Notes: a model not told the origin generated them from the letters alone. Numbered from the stretch's first letter, positions 11,226-26,390 are shown. The stretch: DNA of 64,000 nucleotides from Octopus sinensis (GCF_006345805.1 NC_042997.1:19592001-19656000), one strand, 5' to 3'. A program made the numbers and translations.

Positions 11226-13825
11226 CAAGAACATTAAAAGCAAAAGCAAGTTGTCTACACTCTTCGAATACTTTATGCTGTGCAAAATAAAGTTTGTGTA
11301 TAACAAACAGTTTCTTGCGACTTCTAATTTTGGTGCAGCTGATGTTTGACTACAAATTTAATTTGGGAGACTTGAGAAGTAAGAGATTCCTTAAGACCAG
11401 CAGGCAGCAGCCGGTATTTGATTAGTAATATGAAAGGGGAATGTAGGGGAAGAATTTTAATCCTTTTTTTGAAGGAAAGATCAAAGGAAGTCAATCAAGA
11501 CTACATTATGGGGAGAGTGCTTTAAGAGTCTGTTGGCTATATACTATCACCTCTCTTTGATTTAATCATGCTGACCCAAATAATTCACTTTCATACTTTC
11601 AGTTCACTCTCCATAACCGAGAAGAAAATGTAAAGTAAAAAGACAAAAACCTTCAGATAAAGAGAAAATAAACAAGGAAGTAGTGTTAATGATAATGACA
11701 ATGACAACACAATTATGATGGTGATGGTAATTGTATAGATGATGCTGACAGTAGTTCTATAAAGAAGATGAAAGAAGCTCTAGACTGTCCACACAAATAA
11801 ATGTTTATGCTATAAGTGCAAATCCGGATTGTGACAGGAAAATTTCTACATTGAATCTCATTTCTTCATTATCAAAAATGTTTCAACAAATTTCTACACT
11901 TAGAAATATTTTGAAACACGCCTTGCCCTTAATTGACAAGGAGGCATTTTTGCCTTTCAATAAAACTGTCTTGATACAACAACTAATCTCTTCTACAAGA
12001 ATTTAAAACAACAAAATTTAAAACATTTATTAAAAAATAATGAAAACAAACATGTGGTGTATATAAGGCTGTGTTATTAAGAAGCTCAGGCCAACCAAAG
12101 CATTGTGAATGAATTTGGTTGAAAGGAGCTATGTAGAAGCCCTTTATATTTGTATATGTACATACATGTGTTCCTGTTTAACTTTGTGTTTCTGTTTGTC
12201 CCAGTGCTGGCTCGTTTAGGTCCCCATAACTTAGCAGTTAAGCAAAAGAACCCAACAGAATAAAAACCACATTTAAAAAATAAGTACTAAGGTAGATTTG
12301 TCTATCTACATATATATATTTACATACACACACTTGCAAACACACACACATATATACACACATGCATATATATACTTATACATATAAATATAGTGGATAT
12401 TATATTCTACATATAGATATATATATCATAAGTTAAAAGACATATTCACAGTAAGTTTCAACTTGTGCCAGCATGGAAGACAGACACTAAATGATGATGA
12501 AGATGATCACACACTCATGCAAACATGTGTGTGTGTGAGTATATATATATATATATACAATAATACTATAAAATACTATAAAATAATACTATACAATAAT
12601 GCTACACATTCAATAATACTATAAAAAGCGACGAATCTCCTCAAAAAATTCAAATCTGAAGAATTCGCAAGAGTGGATGCAAGCGCTAATATATGATTTA
12701 TAAAAACATGTGACATATTAATAAAAATCTGTAAATATAAAGCCATCCAGAATTTCTAAGTACCTCATTTCTTCTAATATATAATACCTGTACCTCACCT
12801 GCAATACACACACACATATCACAAGTTAGAACTAACTTGACCAAAGAAGGCTTAAATCATGTGATTTGGCTGTTTTAGTGCTTGTAGCACATGGTTCTTG
12901 CTGAGCAGTCGTGTAAACACAAATGTTTTCTGCAACACAAGTTCATAAAAGAGATCTTCACATGTTAAATAATGCAGTATTCTCTGATCTAACACAACAT
13001 CCATGTTAAGTTGGAGATGTAGATTACTTTTTGGCACTGATGTTGCTTCTGTTGCTAGTGATTATTTTTAATAAGCCCACTGACTATTTGCAACACCAGT
13101 ACCTGTAAAGTCATTGAGATTCTATACGTTACTGATGGCAGATTTGGCTGCTACATCTAGCTGGACGTCTGCCATTGACAAGGTTAAAGAAGGCCAAAAT
13201 CATGTCATATGGCAGTTCTGGCAACCACAGCAGATGGTTCTCACTCAGCTGGGACATAAACACATGGGCTTTTATGCACCACAATCCATAAGGGAGGATC
13301 TAACACAACACCCACCTGGTAGTAATACTGCTTCTGTCACTATTAATTATACATGCGTCTGTGTGTGCATGCATGCATGTGTGTGTGTGTGTGTGCATTT
13401 TTGTTATAATTAAGAAGCTTAAACCAGTCAGAAGTTCCTTAAAATTATTTATTAGCATCTACCTTACATGCAGTCAACTGTACCTGGCTTAGTAATAACT
13501 AAAATGAATTATACAACGTAAAGAATTCTCTGTATTGGGAAAAATTGCTTTTAAGAAAATTGCTGATAATCGTCAGTTTATCCAAGAGTGTTGTTTCAGT
13601 CAGAATTGTTGCATCTGAATAATTCAGAAGCTAGTTCAAGTTGAGTTTCATGTATTTTCTGAAAAAATAAATTTCTTTCAAAATATTGCCTACCTAACCA
13701 AATTACTTTAAATCAAATTTTTTATGTATAATCGGTAATTTTCTCACTGTTTATTGCAATACTTTCACACATAAAATATTCAGTTTAGAAAGTAGCAGAA
13801 AATATCGCATAGCTAGTGACCATAA

Positions 13826-14267
13826 CCCTTTAGCTTTCAGATTACTCTGCCAAGTGTAATGCTTATTTATTCCCATTGATTTGAATTAATAATGATTTAT
13901 CTCATAGCTTCATGATTTCGATGACATCATTGTCTATTTTTACAATATTGTAGTGTACATGTGAGAGGCTACATCAAGCCAGTTTGCATTTAAAATAGAC
14001 AAAATATTTGGGCCAGATATGGCCTGTTTAACCCTTTCATTACCATCCCGGCTGAAACCGGCCCTGGCTCTGTAGTACAAATATCTTGTTTTCATAAGTT
14101 CTGAATTAAAATCTTCCACCAAACCTTAGTCACAATTCATGTTCCTAACACTGGCTGAATGATAAGTAGGTTATTTTACTAAATTCTCTGTTATATTTAA
14201 AGTAATTGAAAGAAACATAGAGCATCTGAAAATAAATACAGTAATGAAGGGGTTAAGTACTAAAGGA
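13826..14267. mobile_element. piggyBac-type MITE (outer element)
   Basis: Left end ataa|ccctttagc, right end ctaaagga|ttaa (imperfect TIR, TTAA-like flanks). An internal TTAA is occupied by a second element. Confidence 0.55.
14032..14252. mobile_element. piggyBac-type MITE (inner element), 221 bp
   Basis: TTAA|ccctttcattac ... gtaatgaagggg|TTAA: 12-bp TIR with 1 mismatch and a TTAA TSD. Confidence 0.75.
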
Positions 14268-17080
14268 TTAAATAATGTTACTCTATATAAAATTTCAGCT
14301 ATCTAGGAGTGAAGTTGTGGCCTGCAACTAGCTTTGTATATATGACAATTTTTAAGGAACATATAATAAAAACTGATATGGAAAAACTTATTAATTATAA
14401 ATTACAATTTTGAAAATTTTTAGAATAGCATTACATTATGCTTTTTGTTCACACATTTTATATATTTCATTAATTATCATTTATAATATACCTGCATATT
14501 TATTTATGGTAAAATAATCAATAAACGCAACAGCATGAAGGCTCATGAACACAGAGAAAAGTGTATTGATCATTTATGCTGCTTCAACACAACTTCATTT
14601 CTTTTCTTCAGCAGCAATGAATGAATTTTCTTGATGTTCCACTTCTGAATATTACAGCATTAGTATCACAATATAAAAAAAGGTAATCCAATGAGGTTTG
14701 AGAATAAAGGTGTCAAACTAGAACCATTAAAATTGATTTTCTTTAATCAAATAACCTATGTGTGAAGCTGTTTTTTAACAAGAATACTTCTCTGATAATT
14801 AATTTGATATAATGAAATTTGACTAATCACTGTACAAGAAAGGCAGCCAGTATAATTAATGCTACCTTATATTGGCGATCACTGTACAAAATAAGCAGCT
14901 AAAATAGCTGCTGTCAAATTGGCTAATTGATAATAAAGAATGTAATCTTGGAATTAGGCGGTCATTGCAAGGTGTTAGTGTGTCAGTTACAACAACACTA
15001 CATTATCATTGTGAAAATTTGTACCAGCTTTCCATTATGCTTAATGTAATATGTGCCATCCTGCAAAACAAAAATGCATCAAATACTTGAGAAGTTTGTT
15101 TGCTAACTTCTTAAGTTTTAACTATAGCAAGATAAGCAACATAAGATAATTTTCTTATGAGAACTATGTGGTAACTCTTGAGAATTGATATGAATGCAAT
15201 CTCAAAGCTTTTGGCAATGTTTACTAAAAGTAATAAACATTATTCTGCAAGGCTTTGTATGTTAATGTTACACTTTTCCATCTGAATGGTTTGCTTTTAT
15301 CCTACAATTCAATACTGAATTCCTTTTACTGAATTCCTTTATAGGTGTGCACGTGTTTCAATTATAAACATTAGTCAGTTACCAACGGATATTGTAGAGA
15401 TAGAACAAATTAGTTACTATCAGTTTTAGATGAATAACAAAAAAATAATAAAATAAAATAAAATAAAAGTAGCATGCAAGTTAGACAAGTGAAAAACTTA
15501 TATGATTAAACTATGAAGAAAAGAACAGTTTTAGGTTTGCTAATATTATCCTGTCATTTAGCATCAAATAATCTTTTGATATAGATGTAAGAACAAATAT
15601 TGACTGATGGGCAGGAGTTCTACTTACTATGATTTGGTTTTTGAATTCAATTTCAAATTGTAGTAAGCAGTTTGATAGATTAAAGATAAAAATTCAAATT
15701 ATTAAATTCCTCAAAAACAACAATGGAACCTAGCAACTATGGCTGATACTATTTTTTTTTAAATAATGTAATAATAACAACTTTTAAGAATCCAAGACAA
15801 ATGTAAAAGAAATGTCTGCAATATAGAATTATATATAATTTTAACTACATGAGAAATATTCATAGATGCTTTTGAGTGGTTAAGGACCAGTGTGAAGAAA
15901 ATAATAGGAAACTATGCTTTGTGGTTATAGGACCTACATGCAGGGTAAATATAACATACTACTTATTATATATGAGGAATATGAAATTTATATTCAAATT
16001 CTCAATTCAAAATTTACAATTTACATTATATTAAAATAAATATCCAATAGCAAATAATGTGTTATTCAATATATAATAAAAATCTCTTCAAAGAGGTCAG
16101 AATATTGGTTTCTGTTCAATATTAGAAAGGGTTAATATCCATTGGTTCCGATGGAGCAGTGTATTCACCTTGGAACTATATTTGAAATAAAATGCAATTT
16201 GTTCAAGCAAATTTGCTTGAGGTATAGTTCTCATGATCAAGTTCACTCCAGAAATTTCAAATATAAAATCAATTTGAGTTAAAACCACCCTACCATTTCA
16301 GAATTGGAGAAATCACAACATCAGTAATATATAACAAATTAGAAAGCTGTACTGTCAAAACTGAAATAGAATCAATATTCAAAATTATAAGGTAAACCTA
16401 CAAGTGGATTTTGTTTTTCAATTTTAGTTTATTTGGTGGCTAAAAGTTATATTTTCAAGCTATGAGTAACTGGATTTATTTCATAATTTACTATAGCAAA
16501 GTAATCACACAATTTCAACTCCATAAATATATCAGGTATGTCTGTATTAAAGTAAAAGTCTCTACTGAGAATATTTTATGTACTGTTTCATTCAATTTTA
16601 ATTATTTTATACCGAGATTTTCTCATGATGGATTGTGATTAAACTTTAGTAGATGATTTGGGTATTTTCCATAACTGGTTCAACATCTTCCCAAATGTAT
16701 TTTATAGATAGCTTACTTGAAAAAGACAATCAATAATCTCAGAACAAGTTATTTAGCATATAGACAATGGTTACACATCTTCAGTTTATTTTGGTATCAA
16801 ATAAATTCTCTTTTAACAATATTTGGTTGGATTGACCAAATAGCACTGAATTTGAAGAACTACACCATACAGTTAGCAATTTTGATTCCCATCTTCTTGA
16901 TACCATTCTTTATTCTATGTTACAAAATCAACCTTTCTTTTTTAAGTGCTTGTATTTAAATTAAAACCTTCCAATATAATTTTATATGAGAACTGTTTTA
17001 AGATATTGTTACTCACTTCAAATCAGTGTAGCAATAAATTTTTAAAAATTAAATATTTGTTAAATCCTGCAGATTCTTCT

Positions 17081-17760
17081 TCATCATCATCATCGTCGTT
17101 GTTTAACATCTGCTTTCCATGCTGGTATGGGTTGGATGGTTTGACTGAGGGCTGGCAAGCCAGAAGGCTGCAGCATGCTCCAATCTGATCTGTCAAAGTT
17201 TCTACAGCTGGATGCCCTTCCTAATGCCAACCACTCTGAGAGTGTAGTGGGAGCTTTTTATTTGCAACTGGCACGAGGGTTAGTCAGACGATACTGGTAT
17301 AGATCATGCTCAAATGGTGCTTTTTACGTGCCAAAGGTCGTGCTTTACCATCTCATCCCAGATCTTCCTGAGTCTACCTCTTCCACAAGTTCCATCTACT
17401 GACAGGGTGTGACATGCTTTCATCCATATGCAACACATAACCATTCCAGCACAGTTGTCTCTCTTGCACACCTCATCTGATGCTTATGTTCAACTTTTCT
17501 CTCAGGGCGCTTACACTGTCATGTATGCACACTGACATTATACATCCAGTGGAGCATACTAGCTTTATTTCTTGCAAGCTTACACATGTCCTCAGCAGTC
17601 AATGCCCATGTTTCACCACTATGTAGCATGACTGTTTGCACACGTGTCATACAGTCTACATTTTACCCTGAGCAAGAGGCCCTTTGTCACCAGCAGAGGT
17701 AGGAGCACTCTGAACTTTGCTCAGGCTATTTGTATTCTAGCAGCTACACTTTTAGAGCTG
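17081..17760 (-). mobile_element. RTE non-LTR retrotransposon 3' fragment (RT C-terminus, 3' UTR, (GAT)n tail)
   Basis: Homologous to 47385-48200 (ctgacattatacatccagtggagcatactagc...). Minus strand encodes decayed ...SETW...LRWM.NVSVH; family C UTR follows. Confidence 0.85.
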
Positions 17761-19579
17761 CACAGGCAATATATTTCTTTAGAAATGCAGTCACACAAGG
17801 ATTAAAAATGAATCCCCTGAATCTAAAAAATTTCAGATGATATTTAGGTCAGACAATTTTTATATAACTGCTTATCAGCAATGTGAAACTTATTCTAATG
17901 TGGTATATTGTTTGTAAAGCCACGAACACAGCTTACAACACGAGAAATTGACTTAAAATTATATACACCATAAACAATAAAAACTAGATAATAATAAAAC
18001 CAAAGTCAAAACTGATGAAAGTCGAAAGTATAAAGTTTAAAGTATAATGTATAAAGTATAAAGTGCCTCATGTTAGTTTATAAAATTTTTGCTTTTTCCT
18101 TTCTTGCAGCTAAAATAAATTTGGAACAAGGCAGAATAAATATCAGTATAGAAATTTAAAGCGATGTCTGATGCACATTTGAATTCACATACTGTGAGCC
18201 TCTATTCAAATACCATGCCCACTTGACCACCTCAATTTTATGTAAGCCCACTTGACCATTCTAATTCTATACAAGTGATATTAGGTAAAACTTAACTCAA
18301 CAATTTACAGTTAACAGAGTAAGATGCATTGGAGTTGGTAAAAGACATTTTTATAATAGCAGCTAACTTGTGCAAACACAGGCTAAATGTATATGCAAAT
18401 AAAACGAATTACATGAAATATGACAATGTTCATAACAATGATGATGATGATGATATTGGTGTATTTATGCAAAACATTCAGCATAAACATATATAGAAGC
18501 ATCAAAAGATCATCTAGTAGTTCTTGTGTGAATTAATACTTTTAGTTGTTTACTACTGAAATTCAAATTCATAAAAATTGTAATGTTTTAAAGGTCACCA
18601 ACAAACAAGATGATTGTGGATTTATCTTCTGGAATATTTTGCTCAATTTTTTTCTCAGTTAAAAACAATTTTGAATAGTAAATAATGTGCAGCAAACCGC
18701 TAATGAGTTTAAACTATGTAACAAGTCATTCATTCAAATATTTGAGTGACCTTTCTATTAAGGTCAAAAAAAAATTGCAAATAACTTACCTGATGTAACA
18801 ACTACAAACAGTAATATATTGTACAAAGTATGTGATAAATCTTATCCTGTGAATAGGTATTGCAATTAGGTACCATGAATCTTGGATCTAAAATCTGTCA
18901 TCACAGTGGAATATGAGTATAAATGACGGAGTACAGAGTTGTGATTAACAGCAAGTATTTAAGTGGAATACTAAAGTGACAGAATACTATACTAATCAGT
19001 TATGATCAACAAAAGTATCAATAGTCATGAATGACTTATCTTTATATTTTCATGAATGACTTATTTAGTTATTTATCTATTTTCTATTGAATTTTGTGAA
19101 CAGTAGCAATATTGGTTACTGTTTCCAATTGTTTGATCACTGCATTTCTAATGGCAAGAGTGCCAAGTTAGCATCTGTTCAAAACATGCCAAATGAATTT
19201 CAAAAGGTGTTTGTGTTTGAAGGCAATAGGTTATTGATTTTATCAATAATGTTTACATCATTCACTGATGAATATCACAAAAGTGTACACACCTGGGTAC
19301 ACATATGTACATTACAGAATGGGCTTCTACACAAATTCTTCTCAAAAGTATTGGTAATTTCAGGTAACAATTATTACTATTGTTATTATTTTGATGAAAA
19401 CTCTCAGCTTATTTTGGTGGGTGTGATAGAAGGTGTCAGCTGTCCACAGCCAGTAGACTAAGGTGACAATTGTCTACTGATCATGTTTGAAGAACCTTGC
19501 AGAGAACTCTTGCAGTTCCAAGTAATACTGACTTTTGTATGCATTCTATATTTAAGCAATGATGATTTTTGTAGGTGTT

Positions 19580-19621
<42 letters not shown>

Positions 19622-19994
19622 AGGCGCTTTCCCAAGCACTACCAAAAAATTACTTTTTAGAGAAGACAATATATTAGAAGATACTTGCCCAAGTTCCACA
19701 ATCAGTTCCATCTAATTACAAAGCAAACATACATAGAATTGAATATCCTCTAAGAGGTATAAGAAATTAGTAACAGTAGAAATAAATTCAGATCTGTAGA
19801 ATGAACATTATCTATTCTACAATATTTTTATTTATATTTTATATATAAAATTTTACAATTGTTAATAAAAATGTGAGAAAACATGTCATGTAAAATTTAC
19901 AAAATTTATTCATAAAAATATTACAAACTGTTATACAAACTCAGAAAAAGGATGTATGTGGAACAAAAATTAAACTGTTAGAATAGAAACATTA

Positions 19995-20190
19995 GATTAC
20001 GTGCCAGGCGAAATGCTTAGCAGTATTTTGTCTGCCATTACCTTCTGAGTTCAAATTCTGCCAAGGTCGACTTTGCCTTTCATCCTTTTGGGGTCGATAA
20101 ATTAAGTACCAGTTATGCACTGGGGTCGATATAATCGACTTAATCCCTTTGTTTGTCCCCTCTATGTTTAGCCCCTTGTGGGCAATAAAG
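19995..20190 (+). mobile_element. SINE family D (Nin/Inv-domain-like core)
   Basis: ttctgagttcaaattctgccaaggtcgactttgcctttcatccttttggggtcgataaattaagtaccag. At least 8 diverged copies in the window; the domain name is from memory. Confidence 0.85.
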
Positions 20191-22449
20191 AAATTAGACT
20201 AATAAATACTGGAAAAATATTCTATGAAACTACATTTCTCTAAAGAATTTATAATGTTGAATCTATTTTGCCAATGTACTTATAGGTGAGGGAATTAAAC
20301 ATTGGTACCGAATTATTTTACCAGTTTCTGTCTGGTGCATTACTTTACTGGTTTCTGTTCTTCTAACTGACAATCAGAGTGAAGTACATAATATATATTA
20401 TCATATCAATGTAAAATTGTGTGATCTTCCCTGACAAAACTTGATAATTATTTATTGTCTCCTAGACTTATTGTCAAAGTAAGATTATCATTAGCAACAT
20501 GGAGGTGAAAGAGAAAGAATGAGTAAATCATGTCAGTGTCATAATGCTTCTGGAAAAGCCTAAATAATTAAGGAAAGGAATCTGTTGTTCTTTGTTAATG
20601 ATATTAACAGCCTTTTAAAAAAGAAACTAAAGATATAAAAGGAACATTTAATTTGCTTCAAACATTTTAACATTGTAATGTAATTATGTCAGATTTTAAA
20701 AATGAAATGCTTTTGACAAATGCATGATATTTCTTATTGTTTTATTCAAGTTAGGATTATTGAAGTGTATAAACAAATTTGTGTTAAGCAGATATTTTAT
20801 ATCCAGCATTTAATTTTTAATGGAACTGCTGACTAAGAACTTTACATTGATATAGAAATAAAAATAAAATCATTTAGTCAAGGAAACTTCAAACAAGCTT
20901 CCTGTTTCATAAGATTTTTTAGCAAAGTCGATTGATTTTAAAGTACATAGTATTCAGAAACGAAATACTTTTATTCTTATATCATTTACCAGATTGAAAT
21001 CAAGAGTTTGAAATTTGTGACATACCAGGAGGATAGTTTTCCTTAGTGTAATATTATGTATGAATGATTTATAGTCTCAAAGTCTACAATATATCCAGAA
21101 CAAATTTGTGAAGCATATACAAGCTCCAAATGGCAGTTACAAGATATTTCAGAAATGACTGAGGCTGTCCAATAAGAACTGCAATAAAGATGTTGCTTCA
21201 CTTCAAAGCAATATATATTTCATGCTACTGTAAAGAATAAAGAAGACAGAAACAAAAGAGAATGAGAAATTCTGAAGATATATATATATATATCTCATAT
21301 CAAAGAAATGATAGCTGCATGTAATATAAATAATGTGAATGTAACATATTAAACTGAAGAAGGGTGTAATAAGAAAATTTATTTTGAGGAACAGGTCTAC
21401 GTTTATTGATCTGTAGCTAAAATCATCCTTTAAGTAGTGCAGAGCTAAAATGAATAATATTTTACAGAGTTTACAAAGAAACTTTATGGAAACTAAAACT
21501 TCTCAAACAGAATTTGAATATCAGTTCCTAAAAATCTACTGGAAGACAACAGACTCATCATCATATGTGCTAGTTGCTATAAGAGCCAGTCTGTCACTAT
21601 TTTTATGACATGGTATTAAATAAGATTTGATATTCTCCCTCTTCTTCAAATTTAAGTTGAAGTATCCATTAAGTTGAGAATTATAGCTCCATTTCTATTC
21701 TGACTTTTGGATTTTAATACTGCTCAAGAAGTCAAGATTTTTTATAGTATAGCAAATTTTCCAGTGTTTCAAAAACTGACATGCTAATGTCCACTAATTT
21801 CAAGATATTTTGATGGCTAATGCTGAGTTTTTTTTTCTTTTTTGTTACTTTAGATAATTTTAATGCTCATTTTAAATTCTCCATGCCAAAAACAGAAAAT
21901 TCATCAAGTGATTATACTGGTTCAAAATTTCAAAAGACAAATATATTATGTTGCTATAAAGCATAATAATGTCACCAAAAGTTATGCTATAAAATTCAAA
22001 CTCAGAGTGAGATTCAAACAGAAACAACAATATCACAATGGCAGTACATTACTGTATAGTTATATATACTTGTATAAGTCCATATAGGTTTTCATAATAG
22101 GAAAGATAATAACAAAATTGCCGTAGAAAATGAAAATTGGCAACACAAAGAAAATTATTACAACTATAAAATAACAAGATAATAGAGAAAATTATGTTGG
22201 CAAATTTGGTTGATTAGATCAATGCAATCAAGTTACTTAAACAATATGAAATAGTCTATAAATGAAGCATACCTAATTTGCCTAATCAGGTAAATCAACC
22301 ATAATATTGTTCTCATGATCCATAAAAATAAACTATCAAATAGTTTGTGCTTTTTATATAGTAAGCACTGTTTAAAGTCAACTTCCTCTTAAAGTGGAAA
22401 CTAGTAAGTTTAAATATATAATATGATTTTTTTTGTTTGGATACAATAC

Positions 22450-23830
22450 CATAGAAATTAGTAGAAGGTTCTGAGTGCAGCTTCCCTGCATCTATTGCCT
22501 GGTACCCAAATTTGCACTTCACATATGTAAATTTCTTCCAGAAATAACCTTCTGCACTGCATCATGCACACGTACATGTCAAGTGCAAAAGCACCTCCAG
22601 TCACGTCAAATGACCCCCACCAAAAAATGTTCCAAATTTTGTCCCATTCTTCATAACACTTTTTCAATCTTTCTCCCTCCCCTCTCTCTAAGGATATAAT
22701 CTGAACTTTGTAAACATGTTACAGTGTGCTACATTCTCAACACCAATATTCTTACCATCCATCTAACTATTGCCTTCACTTCTACTGTTGTCTCAAAAGT
22801 GATAGACACAATCATTAACCATTTTCTTCACTGTCTTGTATCTTTCTCCCTCCTTAATAATAACTAGTAAAGCTATTGCAAAATCAGCTACCAGAAACCT
22901 ACTCACCAATGTTAGTCACCAGATGACTTAAGAACTTGAGAAATCTAATGACAATAGTATTGTTATTCTTAATGTAAGCAAAGCTTTCAGTCATGAATGG
23001 TTTACAAATCTCCTGACAAAACTGCCCACATATGCACTCCACCCATCGCTCATCTCTTGAAACATTATCTTTTCATCAAATAGCACTGGCCCACATTCTA
23101 TAAAGTTCGAATATGTTTGAAGGCTCAGTTATGTCTCTCATTCTCTTCATCTTATATCTTAACAAACTACTTGCCATCATTCCCTAGAATTTCCACTCTT
23201 GTATACAGGTATTACCTTAATTTCCACTAATCTTCTTCACCTGAGCATCCTCTGCATGAATTCTAGGCACTGATGAACAGAGACCTCAAAGGCAAAGCAG
23301 TTTTGGTCATGGCCTATATTGTCTGGAAAATATTACTCTGCCTCTGAACACCCAAATAGGAACAACACTTAACACTCAAGATCACTTTAAATATTTGGTC
23401 TTGACATCAATGGAGGATCTTTTCAAGTAAAAGTGCATCTCTAACATAGCTAAAATTTTAAAATTTCACTACAGTTTTTAGAATCAGAAAATATTTCAAC
23501 TACCAACAATTATCTCAACAACACTCAGGTACTGCAGCTAGATGAGTTGTTACCTCTTGCTATTTTCTGATCACTGCTACACTGACCTCAGTTCTCTGGA
23601 GCCAACCTTCTCTCCTACCTCCATTCAGATACTCTTATTTCATTCATTTCTCCTTCTCTTGTCGCCTATATTGAGCCTAGCTTCAAGCTTCCACAGTAAC
23701 CAATACGACTCCTCCTACAACGATGTCCTCAAGGTTGTTTTCTTTGAACCTATTTTTTTTCTGCAACCATCAGCTTGCAAATGTTGGAGAGAAATGTTAA
23801 ATGTGTCCTTCTCATCAACTGATTCATCTA
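22450..23830 (+). mobile_element. Highly decayed Jockey/CR1-like LINE reverse transcriptase
   Basis: Frameshifted motifs in the expected order: PIAFTS.VSKV, L.VSKAF..W...LL.KLPTY, EGSVMSLILFILYLNKLL, FHSC (SKAF / QGSVLSPTLF / HSYADD-like). Confidence 0.6.
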
Positions 23831-26164
23831 AATGAAACAAATACAAACAGTTGTATAAATGTTCTGAATTAAAGTTTTTTTTAAACTTAATCCACTCTCC
23901 TATATTATAAATGCATCTATCATCGAAGACCATTTAATTAGGTCAAAATATTTACATATCAATTGTAACTTCATTATAAAATGAAACATTGATATTTCAT
24001 ATGAAACTTAATTCAAGTGTCTGCCCTTGAAACTGAACTTTGTTTTAAAAACAAGCATCCGAATAGGTAAATGAATGCAGAAAATCTAGTAAGCCAGCTA
24101 CAAAACAGATATCTAGGTGATTGTCTGATACATGCTATTTTGGTATGACATGTAACTTTCTCAAGCCATATTTTCAGTTTATTGAAAATTTCAGACAACT
24201 TGACATTTAGTTGAATTCTCTATATAGCAGGAATTTGCAAAGTTCCTATTGAAATTCAGTCAAGCTAAAAGTAGATTGGTCAATCAGAATAAAGATAAAT
24301 TGTTAATGTAAAATGAAGCTGTTTACAAATATCTGCTGGCACATAGATTTTAAATTTTAGTGTTGTTTTGAATATTTTTTACCATTGTTTTCACTGATAA
24401 AACCCAGTACACCCAAACACATCTAGGAAGAAAACACAAACGTGTACTGTGTTTACAACTGATGAAGTACTACAAATTTTAAAAGATTCTGGTGAAGATC
24501 AATGAGAATTCAATCAAATGTATCCAGCAGAAAATGACTTGGAACCAGCTGAAAATGAAAGACTTCAAGTGAAAAGTGATATTAATGGGCCTCAATCAAA
24601 GGGATGCGGTTCTCGATCAATAAATGGTAGTGATGGTGCTATATTGCTATTAGTTCCTCGGGCTGCTAATTACAGATAATATCCTCATTTTTAATTACTT
24701 GTTTCATTTACTCTTTTCTTATTTTAGATATGTACGTTTTATGTGTTCTGAATGTGGAGCTCAAGTTCTGACTCAAGTCTGATAGTGTTAAAACATATCT
24801 TTATGAAGTAAAGAAATTAAACATCTCCCGCAGACAGAAATCATCTACTTTAACCATATCTAGTATACTAATAAATAACTCACATGTTATAGATAGTAAT
24901 AGATTGTTCTTCTCATAATTTAAAAAAAAGTCACAACGAAATCAAAATTTCCAGATCAGAATCTATTCTGTAAGAGCACTAAAATCCTTCATGATAATGT
25001 TACATTTCTTTTTGGTACATTCTATGGAACTGGTAAAGTCAAGTGTGGTTGTTCTCTCAAATTGATTAAGCTATTATATTATTCTGTATTTATTCTAATA
25101 ATTTTCTCATTTTACTATTATGTAACAAAATAAATGCTAAATTAATTTTGATGAGCATACATTTAAAAACAATTTTGTAACAAAATCAAGTTATTCCAAA
25201 ATTTTAATTATCAATTCATATCGGTTGTCAGGTATAAACTGCTATCACAACTAAAAATCTCACAGAAAAAATATAATACAAGAATAATTGGAGGAAAATG
25301 ATACTTCTGACTAGTGTATGGAATGTTAAGGTGGAAAAGACATAAAATCATGAATAATGATAATGATATTCACAGGACTCTGATAACTTTATTGATTCAA
25401 GAAGCTCATTATGTTAGATTAGGAATATAAGGAGACAAAATTTAAAGATATAGCACATCACAGTGGCTGCATTTATTCCCCATATTTTATGTAATATTAC
25501 ACTCTTTTGCATTAGCTGTTACAATTTCTTATTTGCTAAAATGATGCAAAAATATTTTTAAAATGGTCTGAATTTTAGAAAACAAAATCCCTAAATTTTA
25601 ATTACTTGTGTCAGAGCAGCATAAAATCATGTGTACCTCATTAATTTTTTTAAAACACTTTTTCAATCATAAGAGGCAAATAAATGTGTGGCTACTAATT
25701 ACTGCATAAAAACACAAGGTAGCACTTTACCACAGAATTGTGGCAAAGTCAAAGGGCTTTTAGCTTTCTGTTCAAGTAATTCAATTCATTGCAGCATTCT
25801 GTACTCATCTGCAGATATAATGAACAGGGGGAATTTTTAATTTTAGTTTCATATTATCATTTCATCTCAAGCAAACTACATTTTCTATGATTGATATTAT
25901 TCAAACTATGCAATTATGTTAAAAAATATTTTGTTTTAATATATTTAACAATAAAATAGATAATATTTATAATATTCATTAAAATCATGCCACAAGAATA
26001 TTACTATTTCTGTTGTATATGATATCATAATTTGTCTTTATATATTTTCTGTTAAATCTTTTTGATATCTACATAAGATAAGAAAAATAAAGAAGGTTTC
26101 TACGACTCTAGAGTCACAATATATTTCTTATTTCTCTAGAGTCACAATGTATTTCTTATTTTTT

Positions 26165-26390
26165 ATTTCTTATTTCTTTATTGCCCGCAGGAGGGGACAA
26201 ACAGGGACAGACAAAGGTATTAAGTCGATTACATCGACCCCAGTGCATAACTGGTATTTAATTTATGGACCCCGAAAGGATGAAGGGCAAAGACGACCTC
26301 AGTGGAATTTGAACTCAGAACATAATGGCAGACGAAATACCGCTGAGCATTTCACCTGCTTGCTAATGTTTCTGCCAGCTCGCCACCTTG
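26165..26390 (-). mobile_element. SINE family D
   Basis: taagtcgattacatcgaccccagtgcataactggtatttaatttatggaccccgaaaggatgaagggcaaag is the reverse complement of the family D core. Confidence 0.85.

Noticed and set aside
9512-11306. ORFs rich in YI, poly-L and poly-E
   Set aside because: They are translations of microsatellites.
15335-15390. Minus-strand CTGACTA...GAAACACGTGCA hammerhead-like string
   Set aside because: The core, U16.1 and stems I/II are all disrupted; too degenerate to call.
18010-18035. CTGATGAaagtcGAAAg
   Set aside because: Only 5 nt between the core halves, so no stem II is possible; part of an (AAAGTAT)n-like run.
19087-19461. 124-aa ORF on plus
   Set aside because: TTG start, no recognisable domain or clear splice boundaries; a chance ORF cannot be excluded.
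21026-21178. Minus-strand segment with a strong acceptor and GTATGT donor
   Set aside because: All three frames contain a stop before the donor.
24518-24679. 53-aa acidic ORF MYPAENDLEPAENERLQVKS...
   Set aside because: Might be a DNA-transposon N-terminus, but no termini or catalytic motifs could be found.
26105-26170. 27-28-bp direct duplication (ctagagtcacaat.tatttcttattt) beside a SINE
   Set aside because: Both copies are on the same side of the SINE, so this is not a TSD; likely local slippage.
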